A stretch of DNA of 64,000 nt from an uncultured virus (IMG/VR IMGVR_UViG_3300028835_001893) (lineage: Duplodnaviria > Heunggongvirae > Uroviricota > Caudoviricetes): IMG/VR virus record IMGVR_UViG_3300028835_001893. The stretch is one strand, 5' to 3'. A program made the position numbers and the translations under genes. Shown one piece after another: positions 7,976 through 17,501 of this stretch (positions are counted from its first letter, which is position 1; the number at the start of each line of letters is the position of its first letter). A model generated the notes under the pieces. That model saw nothing but the letters and a program-made list of their open reading frames with translations, was not told the origin of the DNA and made no database searches.

Positions 7976-8770
7976 TCAATCTATAAAGGCAACATTTCTC
8001 ATAGCTCGAGCTCGAAACTCAGTATTCATTATAATCTCATGCCAGAATTGGAGGACGATAGTTTTATGATCTTTATGAGTAACCCGTCCTCTTCCAAAAA
8101 CTGTAGGATTGACTCTTCGAACTTCCCAGTGTGTTTTTTTAAGTTCTGGATTTGATTTAATCAAATCTTGATACCTATTTTCAGAGAGTCCGTTTGGATA
8201 TTCTCTACTGATGTAAAGATTTTCCCCTCCTCTCCGGAAAACTTCTTCAACCATGTGAGGAGTTCCTCTACTTCTTTGAATTGGTTCGTTCTTTAATATT
8301 AAGCTTTTTTGAACTTGAAATTCTGGAACTGGAATAAAGAACCATTCTCCTTGTCTCACGAAAGCTTTAGTTCTTCTTTTTTCTGAGTCTTTCTTTTTAA
8401 CACCGGCTCTCTTTTCAGAGAATTTAACATCCCGAGGTTTGAGCGACTCTTTCGCCTCTTTAACATTAGAAGCTCTACTATCTTCTGGAATTGCAGCTAT
8501 GAACCAATTCCTTTCATCATGCCCGCATAGGAATCGCCGTAACTCTGGGTCTCTCGCAAAAAGTAGTAGATGTCTGTCGACTTTTTGCACATCAGGTATA
8601 TCAACAAAAACTTCATCTTTGGCATCGATGAGGTAGTATTCACCAAGACGATCTGTTCTAATGTCAATCCTGATTTTTTCTCCTTCTGATTCACGAGTTG
8701 GTCGGATTTCACCAAATTTTACTCTTGCGCCAACCTCTTCGAACTTTTGAGTAACCAAACTTGTATCCAT
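7976..8770 (-). CDS. Conserved hypothetical protein
   Basis: 264-aa ORF; FLCGHDER.WF.AA.P and RQGEWFFIP motifs. Confidence 0.75.
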   Translation of the reverse strand: MDTSLVTQKFEEVGARVKFGEIRPTRESEGEKIRIDIRTDRLGEYYLIDAKDEVFVDIPDVQKVDRHLLLFARDPELRRFLCGHDERNWFIAAIPEDSRASNVKEAKESLKPRDVKFSEKRAGVKKKDSEKRRTKAFVRQGEWFFIPVPEFQVQKSLILKNEPIQRSRGTPHMVEEVFRRGGENLYISREYPNGLSENRYQDLIKSNPELKKTHWEVRRVNPTVFGRGRVTHKDHKTIVLQFWHEIIMNTEFRARAMRNVAFID

Positions 8771-8806
8771 GTTTTTTTCCTTTCTAGAATAAATTAAAAT
8801 AAAACG

Positions 8807-8833
8807 ACCTGGGACCTTTCGCAGATCCCAGGT
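8807..8833 (-). terminator. Intrinsic terminator
   Basis: ACCTGGGA/TCCCAGGT stem followed by a U-rich tract on the minus strand. Confidence 0.6.
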
Positions 8834-8845
8834 TATTCTTAAACA

Positions 8846-9079
8846 TCATAAGATAGATTCTCCCATAAGGATGACTTCTCCTTTAGTGGGACCACTCGTT
8901 ATACTACCACATTCTGGACAACGATATTCCTTCTTTCTCAGCTGGTCCTTAAATTTAGATATTAAACCAGCTGTTAGAAGCATTAGACAGAGATGTGAGA
9001 AATAATTAATTTTCTCACGTTCTGCCATAACGTTCTTCCTACAAATCTTACAGAACTCTCCTTTCTTTTCTATTTTCAT
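8846..9079 (-). CDS. Zn-ribbon membrane-associated protein
   Basis: CKIC...hydrophobic stretch...CPECG. Confidence 0.6.
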   Translation of the reverse strand: MKIEKKGEFCKICRKNVMAEREKINYFSHLCLMLLTAGLISKFKDQLRKKEYRCPECGSITSGPTKGEVILMGESIL

Positions 9080-9119
9080 AATTCCATCCCAGTTTGAAGT
9101 TAAAGTTTCTAAATTGAAA

Positions 9120-9566
9120 TTACGGGTCTAAGACTACAATCATTTTCCCAAGTTTCCTGGCGTATCTAATAGTTGCCCACGTTCCAGACCTTCTTTCTTC
9201 TCTTAATATTCTAGGAGTAGTAAAAAGTATATCGCAACTTTTCGCTATATCCATATCTCTTTCCAACGGTGGTTTTTCATCTAATCGTTCATCATTAGCA
9301 TCAAGGGTACAATCAGCTCGACTTACAGGATTGTTTGATGGATGAACAATGATCTTTACATTTTCACTTAGAGGATATGTAAGGTTGATAGATTTGTCGT
9401 TCCGTATTCCAAATATAATATCATGTGCTTGTTTGTCAGAACCTATACATCCACCATGGTGAAAAGTTCTAGTATTCATTATAAGATCCATCATTATCGT
9501 TTTAAATACTCTCATTTGACGACGAGACATTCCTAATCTATTTCCTGTAAAACCAATGTTCATCAC
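9120..9566 (-). CDS. SLOG/DprA-like Rossmann-fold nucleotide-binding protein
   Basis: IGFTG.R, HHGGC.GSD and SGTWATIRYARKLGK motifs. Confidence 0.7.
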   Translation of the reverse strand: MMNIGFTGNRLGMSRRQMRVFKTIMMDLIMNTRTFHHGGCIGSDKQAHDIIFGIRNDKSINLTYPLSENVKIIVHPSNNPVSRADCTLDANDERLDEKPPLERDMDIAKSCDILFTTPRILREERRSGTWATIRYARKLGKMIVVLDP

Positions 9567-9775
9567 TTCAATACCTCCTGAAGAAGATCTGAGAAGTCTT
9601 CTTCTATTTTTTCTTCAACGAGCTGGCCATATTTTTCTAACCATGTGTTAACATATGATCCATCGTCTTTCTCAAGATGTTTGAGTGCCTCTTCTCCATC
9701 TTCAATCATTTTATTCAGAAAGACTGGATCTTCAAAAGTTTTCGTCATCCTGATCTCCTTCCATTTTTTCTCCAA
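9563..9775 (-). CDS. Hypothetical protein
   Basis: ORF overlapping the next start; the exact start is uncertain. Confidence 0.55.
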   Translation of the reverse strand: MEKKWKEIRMTKTFEDPVFLNKMIEDGEEALKHLEKDDGSYVNTWLEKYGQLVEEKIEEDFSDLLQEVLK

Positions 9776-9788
9776 TTAATTGACTATA

Positions 9789-9920
9789 TTAAACTGAATC
9801 CCTTGAAATGCGTTTCTTGGCAGCCTGCCTTTCCTGTTTGGCTTGCACACGTTTCCATGATCTCAAATGCTTCCACCATTGCTTACACCGTGTGTACGTA
9901 TCATTTCTGGAATGTGCCAT
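9789..9920 (-). CDS. 43-aa basic peptide (not in the ORF track)
   Basis: GAGG RBS; MAHSRNDTYTRCKQWWKHLRSWKRVQAKQERQAAKKRISRDSV; fills the intergenic gap exactly. Confidence 0.65.
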   Translation of the reverse strand: MAHSRNDTYTRCKQWWKHLRSWKRVQAKQERQAAKKRISRDSV

Positions 9921-9921
9921 G

Positions 9922-10416
9922 TTATCCTCTCACTATTCTAAGATGATTTCGTTTTTCTGATACTTCTTTTTCTTTTGAGTTCAGAACTTCTTCTATTGTG
10001 GTATATAAATCAGTCACTTGTTTCATAAATGTTTGTGCCTTTCCATAGACTTTTATATCAATTTCTTTTATGAAGAAATGCAAGATATTTGGTCCGTTGA
10101 CTTCAACATAGGCTCTTTCTAGAAGACTGGAAAGTTCTTCAGCTCTGTTAAAATAAAGACTTACCAAAGGTTCATTTTCTATATTGTATTTACAGAATTT
10201 GGCGATTTCTTTTAGAGTTTTTGTCGAACATTTGGACAAAATCTTTATACTCTCTTCACGAATCTTCTCTAAACTCCTGGCTAGGTCTTCCGCTTTGAAA
10301 AAAACCATTACTGAACTGTCGGAAAATTCTACTTTAAAAAACTTTCCTTTATTTTCTACTTTTATGATTTTTTTCTCGAAATGATCCTCTATTATTCTTA
10401 TTTCTTTTAAGTTCAT
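9922..10416 (-). CDS. Hypothetical protein
   Basis: 164-aa ORF with GGGGGTGG RBS. Confidence 0.7.
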   Translation of the reverse strand: MNLKEIRIIEDHFEKKIIKVENKGKFFKVEFSDSSVMVFFKAEDLARSLEKIREESIKILSKCSTKTLKEIAKFCKYNIENEPLVSLYFNRAEELSSLLERAYVEVNGPNILHFFIKEIDIKVYGKAQTFMKQVTDLYTTIEEVLNSKEKEVSEKRNHLRIVRG

Positions 10417-10454
10417 TTTTCCACCCCCATTTTTTCTAATTAATTTTTTCTAAT

Positions 10455-11273
10455 TTACTTTAATAGCTTTATGTTTGTTTCATCGTTTTTTTCCTGCTCC
10501 TCTAATCCATTAAAATTACGTAAATATACAAGATAATGATAATCAATCAATACCTGATTTATGTAATCTTTATCATTTTCTCCATAGTACAGTTTTAGAG
10601 ATTCCAGAACGTTGCCCTTTCCTAGTTGAAATTTGTCGTTCCAAGCAAATTCTGTGGCTTTGACACCCTGTGGAATATTAAAGATGTCTCTCCACTCAGA
10701 TATGATTCCAGCTTGGATTAGTAGTTCCTTGTAGTCCTTTGGCATCTGTTGACCGATTCCAGAAGCTCCTTTGGACGAAATTGAAGATGGATCAAAACTG
10801 CTTTCGATTTTCATTATGGCTAGATGCATCAGTGGAAAGTTGGTTGCTAACGTGTAACTAACTATTTCTTCTGCTGTTTTCCTTGAGATCTTAGAAGAGT
10901 TTTTATAAACCCACTCAACAAGTTTTTCATAGTTCTTCTTATCTCTGACCAACTTTTCTTCTGCCAAAGCTTTTTGTTTATCTAACAGTTCAAGATATTT
11001 TGACATTTGTTCTTTGGAATTTTCAATTTCTTCTGTAAGCAACTCAACATGTTCTTCGTGAATTTTAATCTCTTTTTCAAGAAACTCAATACGTTCTTCT
11101 TTATTGTCCATTATTTTTTTATACTGAATTGCAGTGACTAAGTAAGAACATATAGCGGCTATTGCTATTATAACAATAACAGTAAACCATGATGGTTGTT
11201 TCTTTTTTGGTTCTTGAATTTCCTCATTTGAATTTTCTGTAATTGTATCTTCTGTAGTTGTATCGTTTCCCAT
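10455..11273 (-). CDS. Membrane-anchored lytic transglycosylase (SLT domain)
   Basis: N-terminal TM, coiled coil, AIMKIESSFDPSSISSKGASGIGQQMP (SLT catalytic ES motif) and L..YYG. Confidence 0.85.
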   Translation of the reverse strand: MGNDTTTEDTITENSNEEIQEPKKKQPSWFTVIVIIAIAAICSYLVTAIQYKKIMDNKEERIEFLEKEIKIHEEHVELLTEEIENSKEQMSKYLELLDKQKALAEEKLVRDKKNYEKLVEWVYKNSSKISRKTAEEIVSYTLATNFPLMHLAIMKIESSFDPSSISSKGASGIGQQMPKDYKELLIQAGIISEWRDIFNIPQGVKATEFAWNDKFQLGKGNVLESLKLYYGENDKDYINQVLIDYHYLVYLRNFNGLEEQEKNDETNIKLLK

Positions 11274-11284
11274 TCTTTAACTCC

Positions 11285-11659
11285 TTATTTTAAGATTCTT
11301 GATTCCTTTAGTAATTCTTTATGGTAATTGCAAGAGTTTGCAAGAGAAACTATAGTTTCGAAAACTTTTTCCTCTGTTTTATATTCTGTAACAAAATGAT
11401 GTAATGTTGCATCATTTGCTTCAGAAGAGAGGAGAAGACCCTGTAGAAGGGAAATTAAACCTGATTTGTTATATGCTTTTAGTGCTTCTTCAATAGTGGC
11501 TTCCCACATTTCATTTTTTGACATTTCAATCGCTTGGTTTACTGCTTCTACATCTTTTTCAGTATATTTTAAAAAATATTTTAGAAAGAAGTCACCTGCT
11601 TTTTCTTCACGAGCGCTATGTACGGCAACTCCGAGCAAGTAATGATATTTTTTCTTCAA
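11285..11659 (-). CDS. Hypothetical protein
   Basis: TTG start with AGGAG RBS. Confidence 0.6.
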   Translation of the reverse strand: MKKKYHYLLGVAVHSAREEKAGDFFLKYFLKYTEKDVEAVNQAIEMSKNEMWEATIEEALKAYNKSGLISLLQGLLLSSEANDATLHHFVTEYKTEEKVFETIVSLANSCNYHKELLKESRILK

Positions 11660-11673
11660 GAGATCTCCTATTT

Positions 11674-11688
11674 AGAACAAACTATAAA
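11674..11688 (+). promoter_or_regulatory. Late-type phage promoter motif RGAACAWA-N4-AAA (first of 11 copies)
   Basis: Copies start at 11674, 12379, 12590, 29936, 32863, 40566, 43916, 45324, 48360, 51601 and 53544. Ten lie 28-90 nt before a plus-strand gene start; 12379 has no ORF close downstream. Confidence 0.7.
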
Positions 11689-11716
11689 TGGTTAAAAGAA
11701 TTGAAAGGAGAACGAA

Positions 11717-12376
11717 ATGAGTGAATCTCTACCCTATCCTAAGCTTGATGAAAACGAGAAAGTAGTTTGTCAGATTTGTGGAAAAGCATTTCTCGTTATT
11801 TCTCCAAAACATCTCTCAAGGATACATGATGTAACACTTGCTCAGTATAGAACTAGATATCCTGACGCTCCACTTTCATCAAAAGAATTCAGATCTAGAG
11901 GAAAGTTTGGAAAACTTCATCTGTTTAAAAAAGAAGATGAAAGAAAAGGTGAGCCTGTAATAGAAGATATAATAACCGATGAAGAATTATCGGTTGAAGA
12001 ACCAGAAGAGCTAAGATTAGAAGAAGTTCCTGAAGTTGTTATAGAGTTACCTAAAAAGAAACAAGACCCTATGAGCAGAGCTAAGGATAACATTTTAAGG
12101 TTTCTAAAAGAAAGTTTTCGTAATATAGAGCAGGACTATATGATCAGAATATTTGCTCCAGATGGAAGGTTAGAATATGAGTTTATTACAGACTTCGCTG
12201 ATCCTATTTTGAAGGTAGACTTTGAATTTCCTCGTGCTTTCTGGCATAATGAAGACCGGTACATGGATTTAGCCAGAAATGTGAAACTTCGTAATAATGG
12301 ATGGAAAGTTATCGAAGTTAATTCTAATAGTCCTTTAATAGACGATTTGGTAAAAGCCACTGATCTGATCAGTTAA
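11717..12376 (+). CDS. Zn-finger plus DUF559/Vsr-like nuclease-fold protein
   Basis: CQICGKAF...HL..IH..T...YR.RYP zinc finger; C-terminal DFADP..KVDFEF...FWH...D..RN..LR..GWKVIEV. Confidence 0.65.
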   Translation: MSESLPYPKLDENEKVVCQICGKAFLVISPKHLSRIHDVTLAQYRTRYPDAPLSSKEFRSRGKFGKLHLFKKEDERKGEPVIEDIITDEELSVEEPEELRLEEVPEVVIELPKKKQDPMSRAKDNILRFLKESFRNIEQDYMIRIFAPDGRLEYEFITDFADPILKVDFEFPRAFWHNEDRYMDLARNVKLRNNGWKVIEVNSNSPLIDDLVKATDLIS

Positions 12377-12437
12377 TTAGAACAAAATACAAACTTACTA
12401 CTCATATTAAATACTATTAAGTTATGAATGATGTTAC

Positions 12438-12467
12438 GGGAGATGTCGTGAAAGTACGGCATCTCCC
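12438..12467. terminator. 13-bp hairpin, probable terminator
   Basis: GGGAGATGTCGTG-AAAG-TACGGCATCTCCC. Confidence 0.6.
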
Positions 12468-12525
12468 ACTCTTATTATTTCATCATATCTCTCCTCTTAG
12501 AAATTAACAAACTTACCTTCAGGTA

Positions 12526-12538
12526 TTAATATATATAG
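12526..12538 (-). promoter_or_regulatory. Early-type phage promoter motif CTATATATATTAA (first of 5 copies)
   Basis: Copies at 12526-12538, 29891-29903 (one mismatch), 51017-51029, 51586-51598 and 53488-53500. Each lies 27-53 nt upstream of a minus-strand start codon. Confidence 0.7.
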
Positions 12539-12650
12539 AAAACTAATTAATAACTTCGAAGTTAGTTTGTACCGATAACTACAATATGTAGAACAAAAAT
12601 AAAAGGAGTCTCTCGAACGTTTAGGAAATTTCTAAAGGAGATTTAGATAG

Positions 12651-14012
12651 ATGGCTGACACAATATATCCAGATCAAGTACGAAATGTTGACCCTTATGC
12701 TTCATATAATTCGAATGTTGTAAATCTAATCCATAAATTGGCAACGAGAGGGGCAGATTGTATTGATCACCACCATTCAGTAGATATTGAAATTTCTGAT
12801 TCTACTGCTATTATTATAACTACAGGAATAGTTTATAAAGACCAAGTTCTTGTAGAACTCACTTCTAACTTTACAGTCGACATGACTGACTCAGACTTTT
12901 ATATTCCTCATACAAATCCATGGGATCGACAAGGATACTACTACATAGCAGTTAACTATTCGTTCGCAAAAGCTCGCCCATCACCAAAAGCTTCAATAAG
13001 AATCCTTAGACCAGACCAAAGAGGTAATATAACCGACGCTGCGTACTTATTCTTAAAAGCAGTTTTAGTACAAGGAGACGGTGATGCTCGTCATATTGTG
13101 TCAATCCATGACTACGATCCTACAAACGTAACTATAAAAAGAGAATATGTACCTATATGGGCAGGAGTTGAATATACTCTTCCAACATTTGATCAAGATG
13201 AACATGAATCTAAATTAATTTATGTTATCGACCAAAATGAGTTATTCTTTGGTTTATCAAATAGATGGGAATCATTCGCAAACTTAAGAGATGTAGCTGA
13301 TACTGGAACTTGTACTGTGGGACAACTTGCTTACTTAGCAACAGACGGTAATTTACATCCTGCTATCGCTACAGATTTTGATACATTAGCCCAAGTAGCT
13401 GTGATACAAACTGGAACTAAAACTACTGGTGGAAAAGCTAGATTATATGGTAAAGTCGAAAATGTTCCCATAGAAGCAGGAAGGACAATTTCAGAAGGAG
13501 AAGAAGTTTATCTTTCTGCAGTGACTGCTGGTGCTATTACTGATTCAACAGCAGTTTTCACTCAGTGGATTGGAGTTTGTGTTGAAGAAGGAAGTCATAC
13601 AATTAATTGTGATATTTGGTTTATGCCATACAAGTCACTTGAAGTACAGTTAAACTTAAGAATTGAAGCTTTAGGAAAAGAAGTTTTTGGAGACGCCTAT
13701 GCTTCAGACCCTGCAGGTCCATCTGCTAGAGGAATTGGAGTAATGACAGATGGTGATGCAACACCCGATTTATCTGACTATAGAACATGGAAAACAAATT
13801 CTTCAGCTCCAACCACAATTACAAACTTTGATGGTTGTAGAGCTGATGATGTGAAACGTATTATCTTTACAGATAGTAATACAACATTTCAACATAATGT
13901 TAACATAACTCTACAGGGTGGTGCTGATTTTATTGGAGTTGCTGACGATACGATATCGTTACTTTTTGACGGGTCAGTTTGGTACGAATTAACTAGGAGT
14001 TTAAATAGCTAA
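12651..14012 (+). CDS. Virion structural protein (tail/baseplate associated)
   Basis: 453 aa, beta-rich, first gene of a late block, with a fibre-like C-terminus. Confidence 0.65.
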   Translation: MADTIYPDQVRNVDPYASYNSNVVNLIHKLATRGADCIDHHHSVDIEISDSTAIIITTGIVYKDQVLVELTSNFTVDMTDSDFYIPHTNPWDRQGYYYIAVNYSFAKARPSPKASIRILRPDQRGNITDAAYLFLKAVLVQGDGDARHIVSIHDYDPTNVTIKREYVPIWAGVEYTLPTFDQDEHESKLIYVIDQNELFFGLSNRWESFANLRDVADTGTCTVGQLAYLATDGNLHPAIATDFDTLAQVAVIQTGTKTTGGKARLYGKVENVPIEAGRTISEGEEVYLSAVTAGAITDSTAVFTQWIGVCVEEGSHTINCDIWFMPYKSLEVQLNLRIEALGKEVFGDAYASDPAGPSARGIGVMTDGDATPDLSDYRTWKTNSSAPTTITNFDGCRADDVKRIIFTDSNTTFQHNVNITLQGGADFIGVADDTISLLFDGSVWYELTRSLNS

Positions 14013-14782
14013 TGGCTGAACGAGAATGGAATTTGCCAGACGTTTTTGCAAAAATTATATCCTTTGGAACGAATACTGAAACACTAACTGGTGATAAAAC
14101 TCTACTTTTTAACGACAGAAGAGTTCAGTTCCTAAACCCAGGAGGGTCTGATAGAGATGTTATACTTCCTTCTGAAGCTCTTTCGGATGGTATAATTTTC
14201 TGGATAACCAATACTGCTGGACCAGCTGGTAATCTCTTGACAGTTTATGCTAGTGATGGAGTTACTCCTAAGTCTTATCTTAGCGGAGCTGAGTCTTGTT
14301 TTGTTATGTGTGATGGTATTGTTTGGCGAGCGGGCGCAACTGGTTCTGGAAGATATGGAACTGATATTCCAACTGGCACTCCAATGTGGATTAATCAAGA
14401 CGTAGCACCAGTTGGTTGGACTATTGATGGAACAATTACAGATGAGCTTCTAGCAGTTAAGGGTGGAGCTAATGCATATAATGTAGCTGGTGGGAGCGGT
14501 GCAGGAACGTGGACACAACCAAACCATTTACATACTACAGATGACCATACATTAACGATAGCTGAGATGCCGGTACATCACCATAGTTATGTTCATAATA
14601 CATATGGTTTGACATATTCGTCTTCTGATAATTGGTTAAATACAAGAAGTGGTACTGAAACTGTATATACAGGCGATACTGGTGGAGGTCAAGCACATAA
14701 TCATGGTAATACAGGTAATAGTGCTACTGTAAATACTTATAGACCAAAAGCACGAGTTGGTATTATTTGTACAAAAGATTAA
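14012..14782 (+). CDS. Tail fibre protein, paralog of 14802-15554
   Basis: APVGWT, HLHTTDDHTLTIAEMP.H.H and TGGGQAHNHG tail-fibre tip motifs. Confidence 0.8.
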   Translation: MAEREWNLPDVFAKIISFGTNTETLTGDKTLLFNDRRVQFLNPGGSDRDVILPSEALSDGIIFWITNTAGPAGNLLTVYASDGVTPKSYLSGAESCFVMCDGIVWRAGATGSGRYGTDIPTGTPMWINQDVAPVGWTIDGTITDELLAVKGGANAYNVAGGSGAGTWTQPNHLHTTDDHTLTIAEMPVHHHSYVHNTYGLTYSSSDNWLNTRSGTETVYTGDTGGGQAHNHGNTGNSATVNTYRPKARVGIICTKD

Positions 14783-14801
14783 TTAATAAGGAGAAAGTTA
14801 A

Positions 14802-15554
14802 GTGACTGAAAGAAGATATTCTTTGTCGGACGTTCTATTAATATTGTCTTCACAAAGTACTAATACTGAGACTCTAAATGCAAATAAGACGTTAGCAACG
14901 GATAGTGAAAGGATTCAATTCTTAGATCCAAATGGTGTTGATAGAAAGATAACATTGCCAACTGAAGCAGACTCAGATGGTATAATCTTTTGGATAACTA
15001 ATACGGATGGTGGGAATGTACTTAATGTTTATGCTAGCAATGGAATTACATTACTTGCTACTATTTCTGGGAGTGAAACTGGAATTTTTGTATGTGATGG
15101 GTCGGCATGGACTGCTGGACCCGTAGCAGCTGGACCTCCTGTTCCATCTGGTTCTAGCATGTGGTTCTATCAAGATGTATCTCCTGTTGGATGGTCTTTA
15201 ATTGCTGCGGCTGATAGTTTACTTGCAGTAAAGGGTGGAGCTAATGCATATAATGTAGCAGGTGGAAATAATGCTGGAACATGGGTACAACCAAATCATT
15301 TACATACTACGGCAGACCATCAATTAACAAAAGCTGAGATGCCAGCTCATACACATGATAGGCCAGACCGTTATACTTGGAGAGTTGAGGGTGGTCAGGG
15401 TGGTTTGTATTTTTCTCCTTATGCTACAAATACTGTTCCAACTAGTAGTACAGGAGGAGGAGATGTTCATAATCATGGGAATACATTAGATTCTGGAACT
15501 CCAAGTACATGGAGACCGCAGGCATATGTAGGAATTTTGGCGAGAAAGGATTAA
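14802..15554 (+). CDS. Tail fibre protein, paralog of 14012-14782
   Basis: Same motifs; identical LLAVKGGANAYNVAGG; divergent tip loop. Confidence 0.8.
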   Translation: MTERRYSLSDVLLILSSQSTNTETLNANKTLATDSERIQFLDPNGVDRKITLPTEADSDGIIFWITNTDGGNVLNVYASNGITLLATISGSETGIFVCDGSAWTAGPVAAGPPVPSGSSMWFYQDVSPVGWSLIAAADSLLAVKGGANAYNVAGGNNAGTWVQPNHLHTTADHQLTKAEMPAHTHDRPDRYTWRVEGGQGGLYFSPYATNTVPTSSTGGGDVHNHGNTLDSGTPSTWRPQAYVGILARKD

Positions 15555-15557
15555 TTC

Positions 15558-15902
15558 ATGGAAGATACATGTAGAAAAGGCGAATGTCCTATGTGGAAGA
15601 AGTTTAAAGATAAATGTCCTAATTATATTGAAAGTTGGTGGCAACCCAAACAACCAGGAGGAGATGGACAACCATTATTAGTTCATGATTGTGCTCCTCG
15701 AAGAACTTTTCTATTGATTCAAGATTTAAGTAATCGATTAATTGGAGTAGAGAAAAGTAGTGAACAACAGAGGAATACAAATATTGTTGTGTTAAGAACG
15801 ATATCTGATATGGTAAAAAATAGTGGTGAAAGGATTGGAAATCAAGAAGTTCTTAATCTACCTTTTATTGAGATTATAGAAGAAACTAAACCAGGAGGTT
15901 AA
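15558..15902 (+). CDS. Cys-containing tail-fibre-associated protein
   Basis: C...CP.W...CP...W...DCAP, coiled C-terminus; follows the fibre genes. Confidence 0.55.
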   Translation: MEDTCRKGECPMWKKFKDKCPNYIESWWQPKQPGGDGQPLLVHDCAPRRTFLLIQDLSNRLIGVEKSSEQQRNTNIVVLRTISDMVKNSGERIGNQEVLNLPFIEIIEETKPGG

Positions 15903-15906
15903 TAAC

Positions 15907-16119
15907 ATGGGTTTTGAATTTGAAGTTATACAACATGGTGTAAAGTATCATTTAGGTGCAGACATAGTTAAATGTCCAGAATGTGACGCAGAAATAGATG
16001 TTCAAAAAAGACGTCCATCGCCCCTACCAGACGATCCAGAAGGTATTAAAGGTCTTATATTCTACTGTGAATCATGTGGTTGCGTTTTCGAGGGTAGGAA
16101 ACCTAAAAAAAGTAAATAA
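15907..16119 (+). CDS. Zn-ribbon protein
   Basis: CPEC...CESCG; GGAGG RBS. Confidence 0.65.
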   Translation: MGFEFEVIQHGVKYHLGADIVKCPECDAEIDVQKRRPSPLPDDPEGIKGLIFYCESCGCVFEGRKPKKSK

Positions 16120-16143
16120 GAGTAAACTAGGGAGATATAAGTT

Positions 16144-16437
16144 ATGTCACAGGTAAATAAAATTACTCTGAAATTCCTTCAGGAACTTAATTCTAGTAAA
16201 GAGATGATAGATACTCTCAATTTTCTAATAAAGATTTTAGAAAATAAAACTGACCCTGAGCCAGAAGAAATTCAGATTGTCGATTCTGCATATCAATTTA
16301 TTGAGAAACTAAAGTCTTTAGAAAGTAATATTAGAATTTTTCAAGGAAACAGTTATGAAAATCTTCCTGGTAACAAATTAAGTAAACTATATAATACACG
16401 ATCACGAGCTACTGGAACTCAATCTCTATTTGAATAA
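16144..16437 (+). CDS. Hypothetical protein
   Basis: ORF with RBS. Confidence 0.6.
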   Translation: MSQVNKITLKFLQELNSSKEMIDTLNFLIKILENKTDPEPEEIQIVDSAYQFIEKLKSLESNIRIFQGNSYENLPGNKLSKLYNTRSRATGTQSLFE

Positions 16438-16448
16438 GGAGACAATTT

Positions 16449-16856
16449 ATGCCTGCCAATGAGGAATACAAACAGATACTGATACTATTAGGTAAACTTG
16501 AGTCTGTGCCGCAAGATATTAAAGATATTTATGATAGAACTGACGATAGTAATAATAAGATTGGGGAGTTAAAAGGTAAAATAGACGTGTTAAAAATTAA
16601 GATGGATAATGTACAGAAATGTACGGAAGATTCGAGACAACATTATGAAGATTGTCATAAGGAGAGACTTGAAGTAGAACATGAACTAACAACAAGTATT
16701 GGAAATATGAAAACTAATTCTGCTGTGATGGGACAGAAAGTTTCGTTTACAGAAAAGTATATGAATAAAATTATTGGTATGGGCTTTTTAATAGTTCAAG
16801 CAGTGATTATATATCTTGTTACAAGAATGGTAATTGGAGGAGGAACGGGAGGATAG
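16449..16856 (+). CDS. Coiled-coil protein with C-terminal TM (holin/XhlA-like candidate)
   Basis: Heptad pattern with one TM; directly precedes the M15 peptidase. Confidence 0.55.
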   Translation: MPANEEYKQILILLGKLESVPQDIKDIYDRTDDSNNKIGELKGKIDVLKIKMDNVQKCTEDSRQHYEDCHKERLEVEHELTTSIGNMKTNSAVMGQKVSFTEKYMNKIIGMGFLIVQAVIIYLVTRMVIGGGTGG

Positions 16857-16857
16857 A

Positions 16858-17343
16858 ATGAGAGATTTACAAGCAAGAATTCCTGGAGCACCAAGTTTTA
16901 AATATAAAGAATTTGTTAAATCAGACGCAGCTATAAGACTTGGAATAAATAATATTCCTACTGATGAAGAGTGGGAAAAGATTGAGCTCCTTGCTGTAAT
17001 GGTTCTGCAACCAGTTAGAAACCACTTTGGACGAATTAGAATAACTAGTGGATTCAGAGCTAAAAAATTAAATAAAGCTATAGGTGGAAGTATAAATAGT
17101 AATCATTGTAGAGGAGAAGCTTCCGATATAGAACCATTAGAAGAAGGAGTTACTTTGTTAGATGTAATTAAGTGGATATATAAGAATCTTGAATTTCGGA
17201 CTTTAATCCTTGAGTTCCCGCCAGATGGTTGGGTTCATGTAGTTTATAGAGAAGGAGGGAATCTAAAAAGGTTAAAGCTAAAAGATAGGAATCATAACTA
17301 CCAGAATGTTTCTATTGACTATTTAGAGGAATTATACTTATAA
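16858..17343 (+). CDS. Peptidase M15A (endolysin)
   Basis: LQPVR..FG.I.ITSGFR..LN..IGGS..S.HC.GEASD and WVHV motifs; start moved to ATG 16858. Confidence 0.88.
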   Translation: MRDLQARIPGAPSFKYKEFVKSDAAIRLGINNIPTDEEWEKIELLAVMVLQPVRNHFGRIRITSGFRAKKLNKAIGGSINSNHCRGEASDIEPLEEGVTLLDVIKWIYKNLEFRTLILEFPPDGWVHVVYREGGNLKRLKLKDRNHNYQNVSIDYLEELYL

Positions 17344-17501
17344 AAAGATTTGAGAAAGTTACTTTTTAGAATTTTCCAGAAAAAAGTATCAATGATTATA
17401 ACTAGTTAGAGCTGGTAAAAAGACTAGATTTCTAAGTTCAATATAAACTTAAGGGGTCGAAATTTTAGATCAGATCTTTAACATTAGGAGCAACGAAAGA
17501 A

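Noticed and set aside
9789..9920. Ribosomal protein bS21
   Set aside because: Too short and lacks the bS21 N-terminal and F/Y-EKP-type motifs.
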